A stretch of DNA of 20,000 nucleotides from Brevibacterium luteolum (GCF_013004595.1 NZ_JABEMC010000010.1:58677-78676), one strand, 5' to 3'; positions 1-10,156 are shown, counted from the stretch's first letter. Numbers and translations: made by a program. Notes: generated by a model from the letters alone, not told the origin.

Positions 1-79
1 GCTCGTCGTCGGTGAGCTGCCCGGCCACCCGGTCATCGGCGTCACCCGCGCCGAGCCTGGCATCAGCATCCGGCGGTAG
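1..79 (+). CDS. selD: 3' end of probable selenide, water dikinase (selenophosphate synthetase), truncated by window edge
   Basis: Frame from base 2 reads LVVGELPGHPVIGVTRAEPGISIRR* (TAG 77-79). This resembles the actinobacterial SelD C-terminus that follows the QTSGGLL motif. A Sec-FDH operon lies nearby. Only 25 residues are visible. Confidence 0.65.
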   Translation, partial: LVVGELPGHPVIGVTRAEPGISIRR

Positions 80-131
80 TGCGCACAGCCTGAGTGCCGC
101 TGGAGTTCGAGCGCATCAGAGGTGTCGGCGA

Positions 132-137
132 TAGGTT
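132..137 (+). promoter_or_regulatory. Putative -10 box (TAGGTT) for a leaderless recQ transcript
   Basis: TAnnnT hexamer 6 nt before the GTG at 144, with no clear Shine-Dalgarno sequence. Confidence 0.45.
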
Positions 138-143
138 GGACAG

Positions 144-2036
144 GTGAGCGATTCAGACACCCGTACCAGCCGATCCGCGAACACTCGCAGCGCGCAGGAG
201 ATCCTCGAAGGGGTCTTCGGCTTTGATGCCTTCCGTGGGGATCAGGCCGAGATCGTCGAGCATGTCAGTGCCGGCGGCGATGCGGTCGTACTCATGCCCA
301 CCGGTGGTGGGAAGTCGCTGTGCTACCAGGTGCCGGCTCTTGTGCGCGACGGCACTGGGGTGGTGATCTCACCGCTCATCGCGCTCATGGAGGATCAGGT
401 CGCAGCGCTGCGCGCCAATGGCGTCCAGGCGGCCTTTCTCAACTCGACGCTGAGCTGGGAGGATGTCCAGCAGGTCGAGGCGGCGCTGCTCGCCGGTGAA
501 CTCGACCTGCTCTATCTGGCACCTGAGCGTCTCGTCCAGGAGCGCACGCTGGCCGTGCTGGAGCGCGCACGGATTTCGCTGTTCGCCATCGATGAGGCGC
601 ACTGCGTCTCTCAGTGGGGCCACGATTTCCGCACCGACTATCTGGGCTTGGCGGTGCTGGCAGACCGGTTTCCCGGGGTTCCGCGCATCGCGCTGACGGC
701 TACCGCGACGCAGGCCACGCACGTTGAGCTGACCGAACGCCTCAAACTCGACGGTGCCCGGCATTTCGTTGCGAGTTTCGACCGGCCCAACATCCAGTAC
801 CGCATCGAACCGAAATCCCGGGCGCGTCAGCAGCTGCTGCGGTTTCTGCGCACCGAGCATGCCGGGGATGCCGGGATCGTCTACTGCCTCTCCCGCCGCG
901 GCGTCGAGCAGACAGCGGAGTTCCTGCGCGGCGAGGGCTTGGCCGCACTGCCCTATCATGCGGGTCTGAGTGAGGTGGAGCGGGCGGAGAATCAGCGCCG
1001 GTTCCTCCGCGAGGAGGGCATCATCATGGTCGCCACGATCGCGTTCGGGATGGGGATCGACAAACCCGATGTGCGCTTCGTCGCCCATCTCGACCTGCCG
1101 AAGTCTGTGGAGGGCTACTACCAGGAGACGGGACGGGCCGGTCGTGACGGGCTGCCGTCGACGGCGTGGATGGCCTATGGTCTCGGCGATGTCGTGCAGC
1201 TGGGCAGGATGATCGACCAGTCAGAGGGTTCGGCGGCGCACCGCCGGCGCCAGCGTGAGCACCTTGAGGCGATGCTCGCCCTGTGCGAGACGGTCGAATG
1301 CCGCAGGGTGCAGATTCTGCGCTACTTCGGCCAAGACGCCAGGCCCTGCGGCAACTGCGATACGTGTCTGCAGCCGCCCCGCACCTGGGATGCGACAGTG
1401 CCGGTGCAGAAGCTCATGTCAGCGGTCATCCGCCTCGACCGCCAGCGCGGGGAGCGCTTTGGGGCCGGGCAGATCATCGATGTGCTGCGCGGACGGGTCA
1501 GTGATCGTTCGACTGCTTCACGGCATGAGGAGCTGAGTGTGTGGGGCGTCGGTGCCGATCTCTCCCCGGCGGTCTGGCGTTCGATCGTCCGGCAGCTGCT
1601 GGCCCGCGGGCTGCTGCAGGCCATCGGCGATTACGGGGTGCTCGTCGTCCCGGAGGCGGCTGGTCCGGTGCTGCGCGGTGAAGAGTCTGTGCTGTTGCGC
1701 GAGGATGTGCAGGGTCCCGGCAACCGGACTCCTCGGTCGGGCGACGGCGCATCTGCTGGGCCCGGTCGTAGCCGGCGCAGCCGAAGCGCTGCAGCAGAGC
1801 TGACCGGTGCTGATGCCGAGCTGTTCGAAACCCTGCGCTCCTGGCGCACCCGGGAAGCGTCGAGCCAGGGGGTGCCGCCCTATGTGGTGTTCTCCGATGC
1901 GACCCTGGTGGGAATCGTACGCGCTCGGCCCACCGACTCAGCCGCCCTCAACGAGGTCAGCGGCGTGGGTGCGACGAAACTCGACCGCTACGGTGACGCC
2001 GTCCTGGGCATCGTCGCCGAGGCGACAGCTGACTGA
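144..2036 (+). CDS. recQ: ATP-dependent DNA helicase RecQ
   Basis: [12 protein letters not shown] (motif I), [16 protein letters not shown] (motif II), [29 protein letters not shown], Zn-binding CRR...CGNCDTC, RQC region and a C-terminal HRDC domain ([12 protein letters not shown]). Confidence 0.97.
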   Translation: MSDSDTRTSRSANTRSAQEILEGVFGFDAFRGDQAEIVEHVSAGGDAVVLMPTGGGKSLCYQVPALVRDGTGVVISPLIALMEDQVAALRANGVQAAFLNSTLSWEDVQQVEAALLAGELDLLYLAPERLVQERTLAVLERARISLFAIDEAHCVSQWGHDFRTDYLGLAVLADRFPGVPRIALTATATQATHVELTERLKLDGARHFVASFDRPNIQYRIEPKSRARQQLLRFLRTEHAGDAGIVYCLSRRGVEQTAEFLRGEGLAALPYHAGLSEVERAENQRRFLREEGIIMVATIAFGMGIDKPDVRFVAHLDLPKSVEGYYQETGRAGRDGLPSTAWMAYGLGDVVQLGRMIDQSEGSAAHRRRQREHLEAMLALCETVECRRVQILRYFGQDARPCGNCDTCLQPPRTWDATVPVQKLMSAVIRLDRQRGERFGAGQIIDVLRGRVSDRSTASRHEELSVWGVGADLSPAVWRSIVRQLLARGLLQAIGDYGVLVVPEAAGPVLRGEESVLLREDVQGPGNRTPRSGDGASAGPGRSRRSRSAAAELTGADAELFETLRSWRTREASSQGVPPYVVFSDATLVGIVRARPTDSAALNEVSGVGATKLDRYGDAVLGIVAEATAD

Positions 2037-2118
2037 GCTGTCCGGTCTGCCAGGTGCCGTCAGCACAGCCTCCGGGTGCCGTCGGCTCCGAAGGTGGCGA
2101 TGACAATCGGGCCTTCCA

Positions 2119-2139
2119 GCTGCCGAACGGATCGGCAGC
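2119..2139. terminator. GC-rich hairpin between convergent recQ and nrfD
   Basis: GCTGCCGA-acgga-TCGGCAGC is a perfect 8-bp stem just past the nrfD stop (2144). There is no U-tract. Confidence 0.5.
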
Positions 2140-2143
2140 CGGT

Positions 2144-3292
2144 TCACCCAGCTGTCGTGATCGAGTCGTCGGTGATGCCGGCCGCTTGCCGGGCAGCGAG
2201 ACGGTCCTTCTGCGGTTCGATGACGTGCTTGGGGTCCTTCGTCGACTCCAGACCGGCTTCCAGGACGCCGAACCGGGTCAGAGCGGAGGCGGCCAGCAGC
2301 GCAGTTCCCGAGGCGGCGGCGACGAGCCGGTTGCCGGCGAACAGCGTGCCGATGCCGCCGGCGATCGCCAGGCGCTCAGCCCATGTGAGCTTGGCACCCG
2401 GCTTGCCGGTCTCGAGCGGCTCTGCTTCGGCCGGGTGCATGTGGTCCTTCATGACGTGCATGGCGACGACATCGCCGACCACGCCGAGGGCCGCGAGCGC
2501 CCGTGCTGGGGCGGTCTGAGCAGCGGGGGTCGTCACCATCGCAGCGCCGCCGGCAGCAAGACTGGCCGAGGAGACGAACACATACGGCAGGTGCTTGCGG
2601 GCTCCATGCCAGGTCGGCACGGCGGTGTCGGAGAGCAGCACGGCGGTGTAGGCGGCCAGGGGTGCCGCGAGCACTGCGGCTGCCAGCCCGGACGGCCCTT
2701 CAACTCCCCGCAGCACCGGACGCAGCGGGCCCAGCGGCAGCTTCTCACCGGTGAGGCGGTCGATCTCAGAGGCTGCGGCGACTCCCATCGGCGTGGAGAA
2801 GCCGGCGAGGATCCAGGAGCCGAGGCTCATCGGGGAGGTGACTTTGACGGTGCGCATCATGTTGAGGAACCGTTCGGGCCGGCCGAGGTCCATGATGAGG
2901 GCGACCGCGCCAGCGCTGACAGCTCCGAGGGCCGTCAGCCGCGTATTGCGGCGCAGCAGCTCCCGGCCGGTCAGCTGCGCGCCGAGAGCCAGCAGCCCGG
3001 AACCCCCGGCGAGCCCGCCGAGGAACAGGTAGGTCGAGATCTCATGCCCCCACGGCGGGGCCTTGACAATGGGCCGGCCGTAATACGAGGTGAACTGCGC
3101 CTCGGCGACCATCGGCATCTCCCGCGAGCCATCCGCCACGCCGCCTCGGCGGCGGCCGCCGCCGGGACCGGCACCTCGGGCGCGGCCGCGGCCCTGAGCA
3201 CCGTCGTCGCTGCGGGAGCGGCGGAACAGGTCGCGCCTGCGCCTCCGCGGCGGCTCGGGCGGGCGGTAGGAGTCGAATTCGCTGGTCGTCAC
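2144..3292 (-). CDS. nrfD: NrfD/PsrC-family membrane anchor subunit of formate dehydrogenase
   Basis: SYYGRPIVKAPPW, YLFLGGLAGGS, DLGRPERFLNM, SPMSLGSWIL, YTAVLLSDTAVPTW and several hydrophobic helices. The start is placed at GTG 3292 (VTTSEF, upstream GAGGGAG, 382 aa) rather than 3484, which lies inside fdnH. Confidence 0.88.
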   Translation of the reverse strand: MTTSEFDSYRPPEPPRRRRRDLFRRSRSDDGAQGRGRARGAGPGGGRRRGGVADGSREMPMVAEAQFTSYYGRPIVKAPPWGHEISTYLFLGGLAGGSGLLALGAQLTGRELLRRNTRLTALGAVSAGAVALIMDLGRPERFLNMMRTVKVTSPMSLGSWILAGFSTPMGVAAASEIDRLTGEKLPLGPLRPVLRGVEGPSGLAAAVLAAPLAAYTAVLLSDTAVPTWHGARKHLPYVFVSSASLAAGGAAMVTTPAAQTAPARALAALGVVGDVVAMHVMKDHMHPAEAEPLETGKPGAKLTWAERLAIAGGIGTLFAGNRLVAAASGTALLAASALTRFGVLEAGLESTKDPKHVIEPQKDRLAARQAAGITDDSITTAG

Positions 3293-3302
3293 GCGCTCTC
3301 CC

Positions 3303-4436
3303 TCATTTCCGGCCCCCGAGGAAGGCGAGCGCGGTCGCCGCGAGCATCCCGGCGGCGGCGATGCCGGCGGTTTTGAACATCTGCGGCAGGTCCTTCGTCG
3401 CCACGCGCGGGTCCGGCGGCAGGCCGTAGACCTCGGGTTCGTCGAGCAGCAGGAACACCGAGCCGGTGCCGCCGACGCCGTCATTGGGATTGGCGCCGTA
3501 GAGGCGGGCTTCGGTCATGCCCTGGGCGTGGAGGTCGCGGACGCGCTGTTCGGCAGTGGCGACCATGTCGGCCCGATCCCCGAACTTGATCGAGGTCGTC
3601 GGGCAGGTCTTCGCGCACGCCGGCTGGTCGCCGGCGACGAGCCGGTCGTAGCACAGGGTGCATTTGTTCGCCGTTCCCGGGTGCGGTACGTCCTGGTCGA
3701 TCGGCTTGCCGGCAGCCGGGCTTTCGCGTTCGGCCGGGGGGTTGACGGTGCCGTCGTCGCGGCGTTCGATGACGCCGAACGGGCAGCCGGCCACGCACGT
3801 GCCGCAGCCGTTGCACACGTCGGCCTGGACGACGACGGTGCCGAACTCGGTGCGGAACAGCGCGCCGGTCGGGCACACGTCGAGGCAGCCGGCATGCGTG
3901 CAGTGCTTGCACACGTCTGAGGCCATGAGCCACCGGAACTCCGGGGTGTCCGGCGGGGTGAGGCCAGTGTCTCCGATCGTCTCAGCGGCGGCGAGCGCAT
4001 CGACCTGCGGGCCCCCGGCTGCTGCCGGTCCACCCGGTGTGGCAGCACCGGGTGTGGGGGTGTCGTCGTCACGGGTGCGCACGGTCGGCATGCCGAGGTT
4101 GACGAGCCTGCGGCCGGATTCGCGGGCGGCGGCGATCTGTTCGGCGTCCTGTTCGATGAAGGCGACGTGCCGCCACGTGTTCGCCCCGAGCCCGCCGGTG
4201 TTGTCGTAGGAGGAGCCGAGGAGTTCGAGGTTGCCGTCAGCGGGGTTGCGGTTCCATTCCTTGCATGCGACTTCACAGGCCTTGCAGCCGATGCAGATCG
4301 AGGTGTCGGTGAAGAAGCCCTTGCGTTCGTGGGTGTGCTCCCACCCGGTGGCTCCGGCCGGGTCGGCGGTGTCGCTCGGAGTGCTGGTCGCAGCGTTCGG
4401 GTGCTGTTCGGCCGGTGCCGTCATCGGTGCGCTCAT
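3303..4436 (-). CDS. fdnH: Formate dehydrogenase iron-sulfur (beta) subunit, 4x[4Fe-4S]
   Basis: CIGCKACEVAC, CKHCTHAGCLDVCP, CNGCGTCVAGCP and KCTLC...PACAKTCP, plus a C-terminal hydrophobic anchor. ATGA overlap with the fdnG stop. Confidence 0.92.
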   Translation of the reverse strand: MSAPMTAPAEQHPNAATSTPSDTADPAGATGWEHTHERKGFFTDTSICIGCKACEVACKEWNRNPADGNLELLGSSYDNTGGLGANTWRHVAFIEQDAEQIAAARESGRRLVNLGMPTVRTRDDDTPTPGAATPGGPAAAGGPQVDALAAAETIGDTGLTPPDTPEFRWLMASDVCKHCTHAGCLDVCPTGALFRTEFGTVVVQADVCNGCGTCVAGCPFGVIERRDDGTVNPPAERESPAAGKPIDQDVPHPGTANKCTLCYDRLVAGDQPACAKTCPTTSIKFGDRADMVATAEQRVRDLHAQGMTEARLYGANPNDGVGGTGSVFLLLDEPEVYGLPPDPRVATKDLPQMFKTAGIAAAGMLAATALAFLGGRK

Positions 4437-7400
4437 GACGAGCCCTCCTCCTTCTCAGGTTCGTGGAAGCGGTTGGCGACATCGACGTCGGCTCCGGCGT
4501 CGGCATCGTCTTCATGCGTATAGGCGCCCTGCTGGGCTTCCGGCGGAGTATCCCACTGGTCGCCGGGCCGGTCGTCCTGGTGTGCCTTGTCGGTCATGCG
4601 GCCTGCGGCGTCGATGAGGCCGGCGCGGCGCCGGTAGTCGTCGACGAGCTCTTCAAGCTCAGGGCCGCGTGGGCGCCGGCCGGGGATGATGTCGCAGGCA
4701 CCGGTCTTCGAATCCTGGATGAGGACGTTGGGGTCGAGTGTGATGCCGAGCAGATCGTTGACGGCGTCGCCGACGATGTGCGCCTGGGCGCCGACACCCC
4801 AGTGATACGGCAGCCCGATCTGGTGGACGGTGCGCTGGCTGCCGGCTGCTGCACTGCCGACGCGTATCGGAGTCACGCGCTCGGTGACGAGCAGCCGGAC
4901 TTCGATCGCGGCGCGCGGGGAGATGATCGTCGCCCAGCCATAAGGTTCAAGCCCGCGTTCGGCAGCCAGTTCCGGGGACACCTCGGCGAACAGCTCGGGC
5001 TGCAGCTCTGAGAGATAGGGCAGCCACCGGCTCATACCGCCGGCGGTGTGGTGTTCAGTGAGCCGATAGGTGGTGAAGATGAAGGGATAGACGCCTGCGC
5101 CTGCCTGCCCCGGCAGCGGAGCCATGAGGTTGTCCCTGCGGTCGAACATCACTTGGGCGGGGCTGTGCTGCTGGCGATAGAGCGGGTTGGGCACCGGGGA
5201 TTCCTGCGCCTCGTAATGGGTCGGCAGGGGCCCGTCGACGACTCCGGTCGGCGCGTAGAGCCAGCCCTTGCCGTCGGGCTGCATGACGAAGGCGTCGGCG
5301 CCGGTCAGCGCCGCCGGCCCGCCCTGGGCGCGTTCGGGTACGGCATCTGGTGCCCGGTCAGCTGGGAAGTCGGGGACGTCCTGGCCTGTCCAGCGACCGG
5401 TCTCCTCATCCCACCACACGAGCTTCTTGCGCTCACTCCACGGCTTGCCCTGCGCATCGGCAGAAGCGCGGTTGTACAGGATGCGGCGGTTGGCCGGCCA
5501 CGCCCACGCCCAGTCGGCGGCGATCTCGTCCTGCGCACTGCCGGGCACACGCTTGTTGGCGTGGTTGATGCCATCGGCGTAGATGCCGGTGTAGAGCCAG
5601 CAGCCACCGGCGGTCGAACCGTCGGCCTTCATCTCCAGGTAGGAGCTCAGCGGCGTGCCGGTTTCCGGGCCCGAGGTGTGGAAGCCGTTGATCTCGGCGA
5701 GGACCGCCTCGGCAGACGGGTCGCCGTGCTCATCGACCGGGTAGTCCCAGGTCAGGTCGAGCAGCGGCCGGTCGCGCGGGTCAGTGGAGTCGGCGAGCTT
5801 CTCCCGCAGCCGGCAGCCGAGTTCGTAGAAGAACTGCAGTTCGCTCTGCGCATCCCCGGGCGGGTGGACGGCCTGTTCGCGCCACTGCACGAGCCGTTGC
5901 GTCTGGGTGAAGGTCCCGGACTTCTCGGTGTGGTTGGCAGCCGGGAGGAAGAACACCTCGGTGTCGATGTCCTCGGTCTTGAGCTCACCGGAGGCGATCT
6001 CCGGCCCGTCCTTCCACCAGGTCGCCGATTCGATGAGCTGGAAGTCGCGCACGACGAGCCATTTGAGGTGCGACATGCCCAGCCGCTGCATGCGGCCGTT
6101 AGCTGAGCCGACAGCCGGATTCTGGCCGAGGATGAAGTAGCCCTCGACCTCATCTTTCAGCATGCTCATGACGGTCTGGTAGGTGCCGTGAGCGCCGGTG
6201 AGGCGGGGCAGGTAGTCGTAGGCGAAATCGTTGTCCGCCGTCGCGGCTTCACCCCACCAAGCCTTGAGCAGGCTGATCATGTAGGTATCAGCGTTGGCCC
6301 AGTAGCTCTTCTGCTCCTTCGAGCCGATCACCGCCAGGTAGTCCTCAAGGGTGTCGTGGGTGCCGGCTTTGGGCATCGGCAGGTAGCCGGGCAGCAGGTT
6401 GAACAGAGTCGGGATGTCGGTCGAGCCCTGAATGGAGGCGTGCCCGCGCAGGGCCATGATGCCTGAGCCTGGCCGGCCGACGTTGCCGAGCAGCAGCTGC
6501 AGTGCAGCGGCGGTGCGGATGTACTGCGCGCCCTGGGAGTGCTGGGTCCAGCCGACAGCGTAGGCGAAGCAGGTGGTGCGCTCTCGTCCGGAGTTCTGCG
6601 TGATGGCATCGGCGAGGTAGGCGAAGTCCTCTGCTGAGATGCCGCAGACCTCTTCGACCATTTCCGGGGTGTAGCGGGAGTAATGGCGTTTGAGCACCTG
6701 GAAGACGCATCGCGGGTCCTGCAGGGTCGGGTCCTGTTCGGCCGGTTGGCTCGGCGGCACGCCACGGCGCGACCCATCGGCATCAGCATATGCCCAGGTC
6801 TGGGTGTCGTACGTGCCGGTGTCCGGGTCGTAGCCCGAGAACAGTCCATCGAGGTCCTCGGTGTCGGCGAAGTCGTCGCCGAGGATGGTGGAGGCGTTGG
6901 TGAACGTCCGGACGTATTCGTCGAAGTACAGGTCGTTCTCCAGCACATGCCGAATGAGCCCGCCGAGCAGCACGATGTCAGAGCCGACCCGGATCGGAAC
7001 ATGCTTGTCTGCGACTGCCGTGGTGCGCGTGAAACGAGGGTCGACATGGATGACCTTCGCGCCGCGGGCCTTGGCCTCAGTGACCCACTGGAACCCGACG
7101 GGATGGCATTCGGCCATGTTCGAGCCCTGGATGACGATGCAGTCGGCATTGGCCATGTCCTGCAGGGACTGGGTCGCGCCACCGCGTCCGAACGAAGCTC
7201 CCAGACCGGGAACTGTGGCGGAGTGTCATATGCGGGCCTGGTTCTCGATCTGGATCGCCCCGGCTGCAGTGAACAGCTTCTTGATGAGGTAGTTCTCCTC
7301 ATTGTCCAGAGTCGCCCCGCCTAATGAGGCCACACCCATGGTGCGCCGCAGATGCCGGCCTTCGGAGTCTTTGTCCTGCCAATGGTTGCGGCGGGCTTCG

Positions 7401-7792
7401 AGGAACCTATCGGCGATCATGTCGAGGGCGGTGTCGAGATCGAGTGTTGTCCACTCCTTGGCCTTCGGGGCCCGGTAGAGGACTTCGGTGATGCGCCCGG
7501 AGGCGTTGACGAGCTGTTCGCTGGCCGAGCCCTTGGGACACAGCCGACCGCGGGAGATCGGTGAATCCGGATCGCCTTCGATCTGGATGACCTTGTTGTC
7601 TTTGGCGTAGACAAGCTGGCCGCAGCCCACCGCGCAGTAGGGGCACACGCTGCGCGCAACGGTGTCGGCGTCTTCGGTGCGCGGACGCATGTCCTTCGTC
7701 TGCCGGGACGTCACAGCCGGGCCGCGCCCGGTGGTGTCACCGGAGCGGAACTGCCGGAACACCGGCCAGTCGAGGAAGCTGATGCGCGCCAT
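4433..7792 (-). CDS. fdnG: Formate dehydrogenase major (alpha) subunit, molybdopterin enzyme, selenocysteine at codon 189 (1119 aa)
   Basis: ORFs 7226..7792 and 4433..7156 are in the same frame and join as ...IENQARI-TGA-HSATVPGLGASFGRGGATQSLQDMANAD..., the conserved QAR(I/V)(U/C)H active-site motif. Also N-terminal CPYCAVGCG...LCPKG, ALRGHASIQG and TTYRLTEHHTAG. Confidence 0.95.
7196..7228 (-). promoter_or_regulatory. Sec UGA codon plus bacterial SECIS element
   Basis: The minus strand reads TGA CACTCCGCCAC AGTTCCC-GGTCT-GGGAGCT. The hairpin starts 11 nt after UGA and has GGUCU at its apex, like the E. coli formate dehydrogenase SECIS elements. Confidence 0.85.
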
Positions 7793-7798
7793 GGCTTA

Positions 7799-7807
7799 AG
7801 ACTATCA
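7799..7807 (-). promoter_or_regulatory. Putative extended -10 promoter (TGA-TAGTCT) for a leaderless fdnG operon
   Basis: The minus strand reads TGA TAGTCT TAAGCC ATG: TGn plus TAnnnT, 6 nt before the ATG at 7792. Confidence 0.5.
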
Positions 7808-8091
7808 TCAGCGGCATCGTTCCTGCGGCTCCAGCCGGCGCCGGAGCGGCAGTGAATTTCCAGTGCAGAGCGCCGCTCACTCCGGGGTTTTTACGAAAAT
7901 TACCAGACCTGGAAGTACGCTGGGTCGCTCAAGAGAAATGTACGCGAACGCCCTCAGCTCTTGTACGTCTCACAACGGCAGTCTCAGTCTTGAACTCTTT
8001 CCCGGCTCACCGCACAGTCCGGCCACCGAAGTAGAAACGCTTACCAGTTCCGTCAACTGCCTTCGATTGAGCCCAACCGTATCCTCATGCC

Positions 8092-8778
8092 ATGGAACCT
8101 TCATGGATGAGTGCGATTGCAGCAGTCGCGGGAGTTGCCGTAACAGCCAGCAGCGTCGCGTGGTCTGCAGCTGAGTTCCGCGTCAACAGCAGGAACTCGT
8201 CACGCCCCTATGTGGCAGTGAGCTTCGCGCCACTTGAACGTGACGACCGGATCTACTTCAAGGTCGGCAACTTCAGCGCGTCCGCAGCCTCCAACGTCAC
8301 GATTTCGTTCGACGACGGCCTTAGCGCAGCCGAACCGAGTCTTCTGGACTTCGGCGCGCAGATCCGGCGCATGTATCAGTCGCCAGACATAACCCTGAGC
8401 CCCGGGGAGTTCAATATGTCGATCTATCAAGACTCACCTAACAGCCGAAAACCCGGCGAAATCGTTGCTCCTGAGCGCATCTCAGGAACAATCGAGTACA
8501 CCGGCTCCGCAACGTTTTCGCGCAAAGGAAGGTTGAGGCGCAAAGGAGCGAGGTTCGTCGAGGAATTCGCTCTCGATGCAGGCCCCATCAAGAACTTGGT
8601 GCGAGTGAGTCGAAGCGATCACGACATCGAGCAACGCCTCAAGACCATCGCGACATGCATCGACCGAGGCGTGTCCAAAGTCGACCGAGCGATAAGCGAG
8701 TTGCCTTTCGATAATCAGCGCAGCTTCCGTCCTACGCCAAATTCAGGCGACCGGGCTTTAGAAGACGGATGCGTGTAG
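8092..8778 (+). CDS. Hypothetical protein with N-terminal transmembrane helix and soluble beta-rich domain
   Basis: 228-aa ORF with hydrophobic AIAAVAGVAVTASSVAW followed by RPYV. TATCCT lies 6 nt upstream of the ATG and a terminator-like structure lies at the stop. Confidence 0.75.
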   Translation: MEPSWMSAIAAVAGVAVTASSVAWSAAEFRVNSRNSSRPYVAVSFAPLERDDRIYFKVGNFSASAASNVTISFDDGLSAAEPSLLDFGAQIRRMYQSPDITLSPGEFNMSIYQDSPNSRKPGEIVAPERISGTIEYTGSATFSRKGRLRRKGARFVEEFALDAGPIKNLVRVSRSDHDIEQRLKTIATCIDRGVSKVDRAISELPFDNQRSFRPTPNSGDRALEDGCV

Positions 8779-8793
8779 CGTCCCCGTTTTTTT
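8767..8793 (+). terminator. Putative intrinsic terminator
   Basis: GGATGC-gtgta-GCGTCC stem followed by CCG and T7, overlapping the stop of 8092..8778. Confidence 0.45.
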
Positions 8794-8973
8794 CCGCCGC
8801 ACGCGGCGTCGCTGAGGCCATCCGACGAAGCCATAACAGCCGGCGAACCTACGACGATTCCTCGACCGCCTCTCAGACGCACCGGGCCGGTCGCAGATCG
8901 CTTGTATGCTCACATTGAGAGGCGCCGTTGGTTGGAGTGAACATGTGTCCATGCCATGTGCTGAAGTGGTGGC

Positions 8974-9819
8974 ATGACTTATGAAGACTTCGAATCTCAG
9001 CTGAACCGCTCCGCAACGATCATCCACGACCAAGAAGACCTTCACGCGGCACTGGAGCTCGTGCAGTACGTAATCGAGTTCTCCGCGGAGTCAACACCGC
9101 ACAACGGCAAGTTCGCCAATAGCACTGCCGCGCTAGCTTCTCTCACTCGTGCGTTTCACGACGCCCAAGGAATCATGCGCCTCGCGGCGTTCCACCACTA
9201 CGTACAGGCTCTCGCCCTGCTTCGGTCCATGTACGAAGCAGCGAATCTCTCTCGGACGCTGGCCCACTCTCCGAAGTCCGCAGAGAAGTGGATTAACGGA
9301 AGATGGCAGAGCGACCAGCGAACACGTCAGTTCGTTCGTGATGTCATGTACGCAGACAGTGAAGACAAGGATAAGGAAGAAGCGGTACAAGCGTATGAGA
9401 ACGTCTACAAGTTGTACTCAAAGTGGACACACATTACGCCGACCAGCGCCCTCGAACCATATCTCACCGATGTACCCGAGGGCGGCTACCGGGTTCAACT
9501 GTTCCCAAAGTTTGATGAGGCGCGACTTCGCTTCGTACTCGAGACGCTAACGAAAGAGTCCATCGTTCTGGCATTTGCAGCAAGAAACTGTTTGTCGGCT
9601 CTTGAAGTCCTGCCTGAGTGGTGGCACCGCGACCTCGAAAAGATCAAGATGCGAGTGATGGGCGACGACTACGAACCGAGCAACATAGAGTGGGAAGGCC
9701 ACCAGGAACGTCATGACCGGTTGCTGAAGAACCTTCAGCCCATCAGCATCCTAGATCGGCATCTTCGCCGTGATCCGGATTCGATTCAGAACCGAATGCA
9801 CCGGGGCCCGGATAACTGA
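8974..9819 (+). CDS. Hypothetical all-alpha protein, DUF5677/HEPN-like pattern
   Basis: 281-aa ORF with natural protein composition. ALALLRSMYE and YKLYSKWTH fit the R-x3-E ... Y-x3-S-x3-H pattern I associate with DUF5677-like proteins. Confidence 0.7.
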   Translation: MTYEDFESQLNRSATIIHDQEDLHAALELVQYVIEFSAESTPHNGKFANSTAALASLTRAFHDAQGIMRLAAFHHYVQALALLRSMYEAANLSRTLAHSPKSAEKWINGRWQSDQRTRQFVRDVMYADSEDKDKEEAVQAYENVYKLYSKWTHITPTSALEPYLTDVPEGGYRVQLFPKFDEARLRFVLETLTKESIVLAFAARNCLSALEVLPEWWHRDLEKIKMRVMGDDYEPSNIEWEGHQERHDRLLKNLQPISILDRHLRRDPDSIQNRMHRGPDN

Positions 9820-10156
9820 GACGCCCCGCAGCACCGGTAAGCGCGTTAATGCCAACTGGGTGACCATACCTCTTCAATTGCGGCGGCGGGCTCGTTCAGG
9901 GCGTTTGACACCAGCAGAGTGCGAGTCCATCTCCGAGCCGGCTACCTCAGAAGCTTGAAGCTCGAATTGTCACCTAGTCGTGCATCAGTCCCCTTCGTCA
10001 CGGCCTTGAGTTGGTTCATCGTCAGCTCCATGCTCCATCATGCTCACCACGGAGATCGGTACGTGAGGCAACGATCCCGCTCAAGCCGAGGTTATAGATG
10101 AGTCAACCCGAGACGTTGCAACAGATTGCACGCTTCGTACGGTTAGGCTGAGCAGC

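Noticed and set aside
123..144. TGTCGG upstream of recQ as a PafBC promoter
   Set aside because: Spacing to the TAnnnT box is 3 nt rather than 10 nt.
3215..3255. RRRRRDLFRR in the NrfD N-terminus as a Tat signal
   Set aside because: It is followed by Gly/Arg low-complexity sequence rather than a hydrophobic h-region.
2054..3376. 440-aa + strand ORF, and similar long antisense ORFs (5048..6106, 13416..14966, 16002..17231, 17386..18450, 18759..19511)
   Set aside because: These are shadow ORFs opposite well-supported genes, expected in high-GC DNA, and have no recognisable motifs.
7226..7228. Premature stop making fdnG a pseudogene or two genes
   Set aside because: The TGA is at the conserved Sec/Cys ligand position, the frame is preserved and a SECIS-like hairpin follows.
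7810..8090. tRNA-Sec, att site or left transposon end upstream of fdnG
   Set aside because: Only a short inverted repeat (GAGCGGC...GCCGCTC, 7844-7878) is visible. There is no cloverleaf or T-loop, no inverted copy of the TTGCAGAAT repeat, and the small ORFs are unconvincing.
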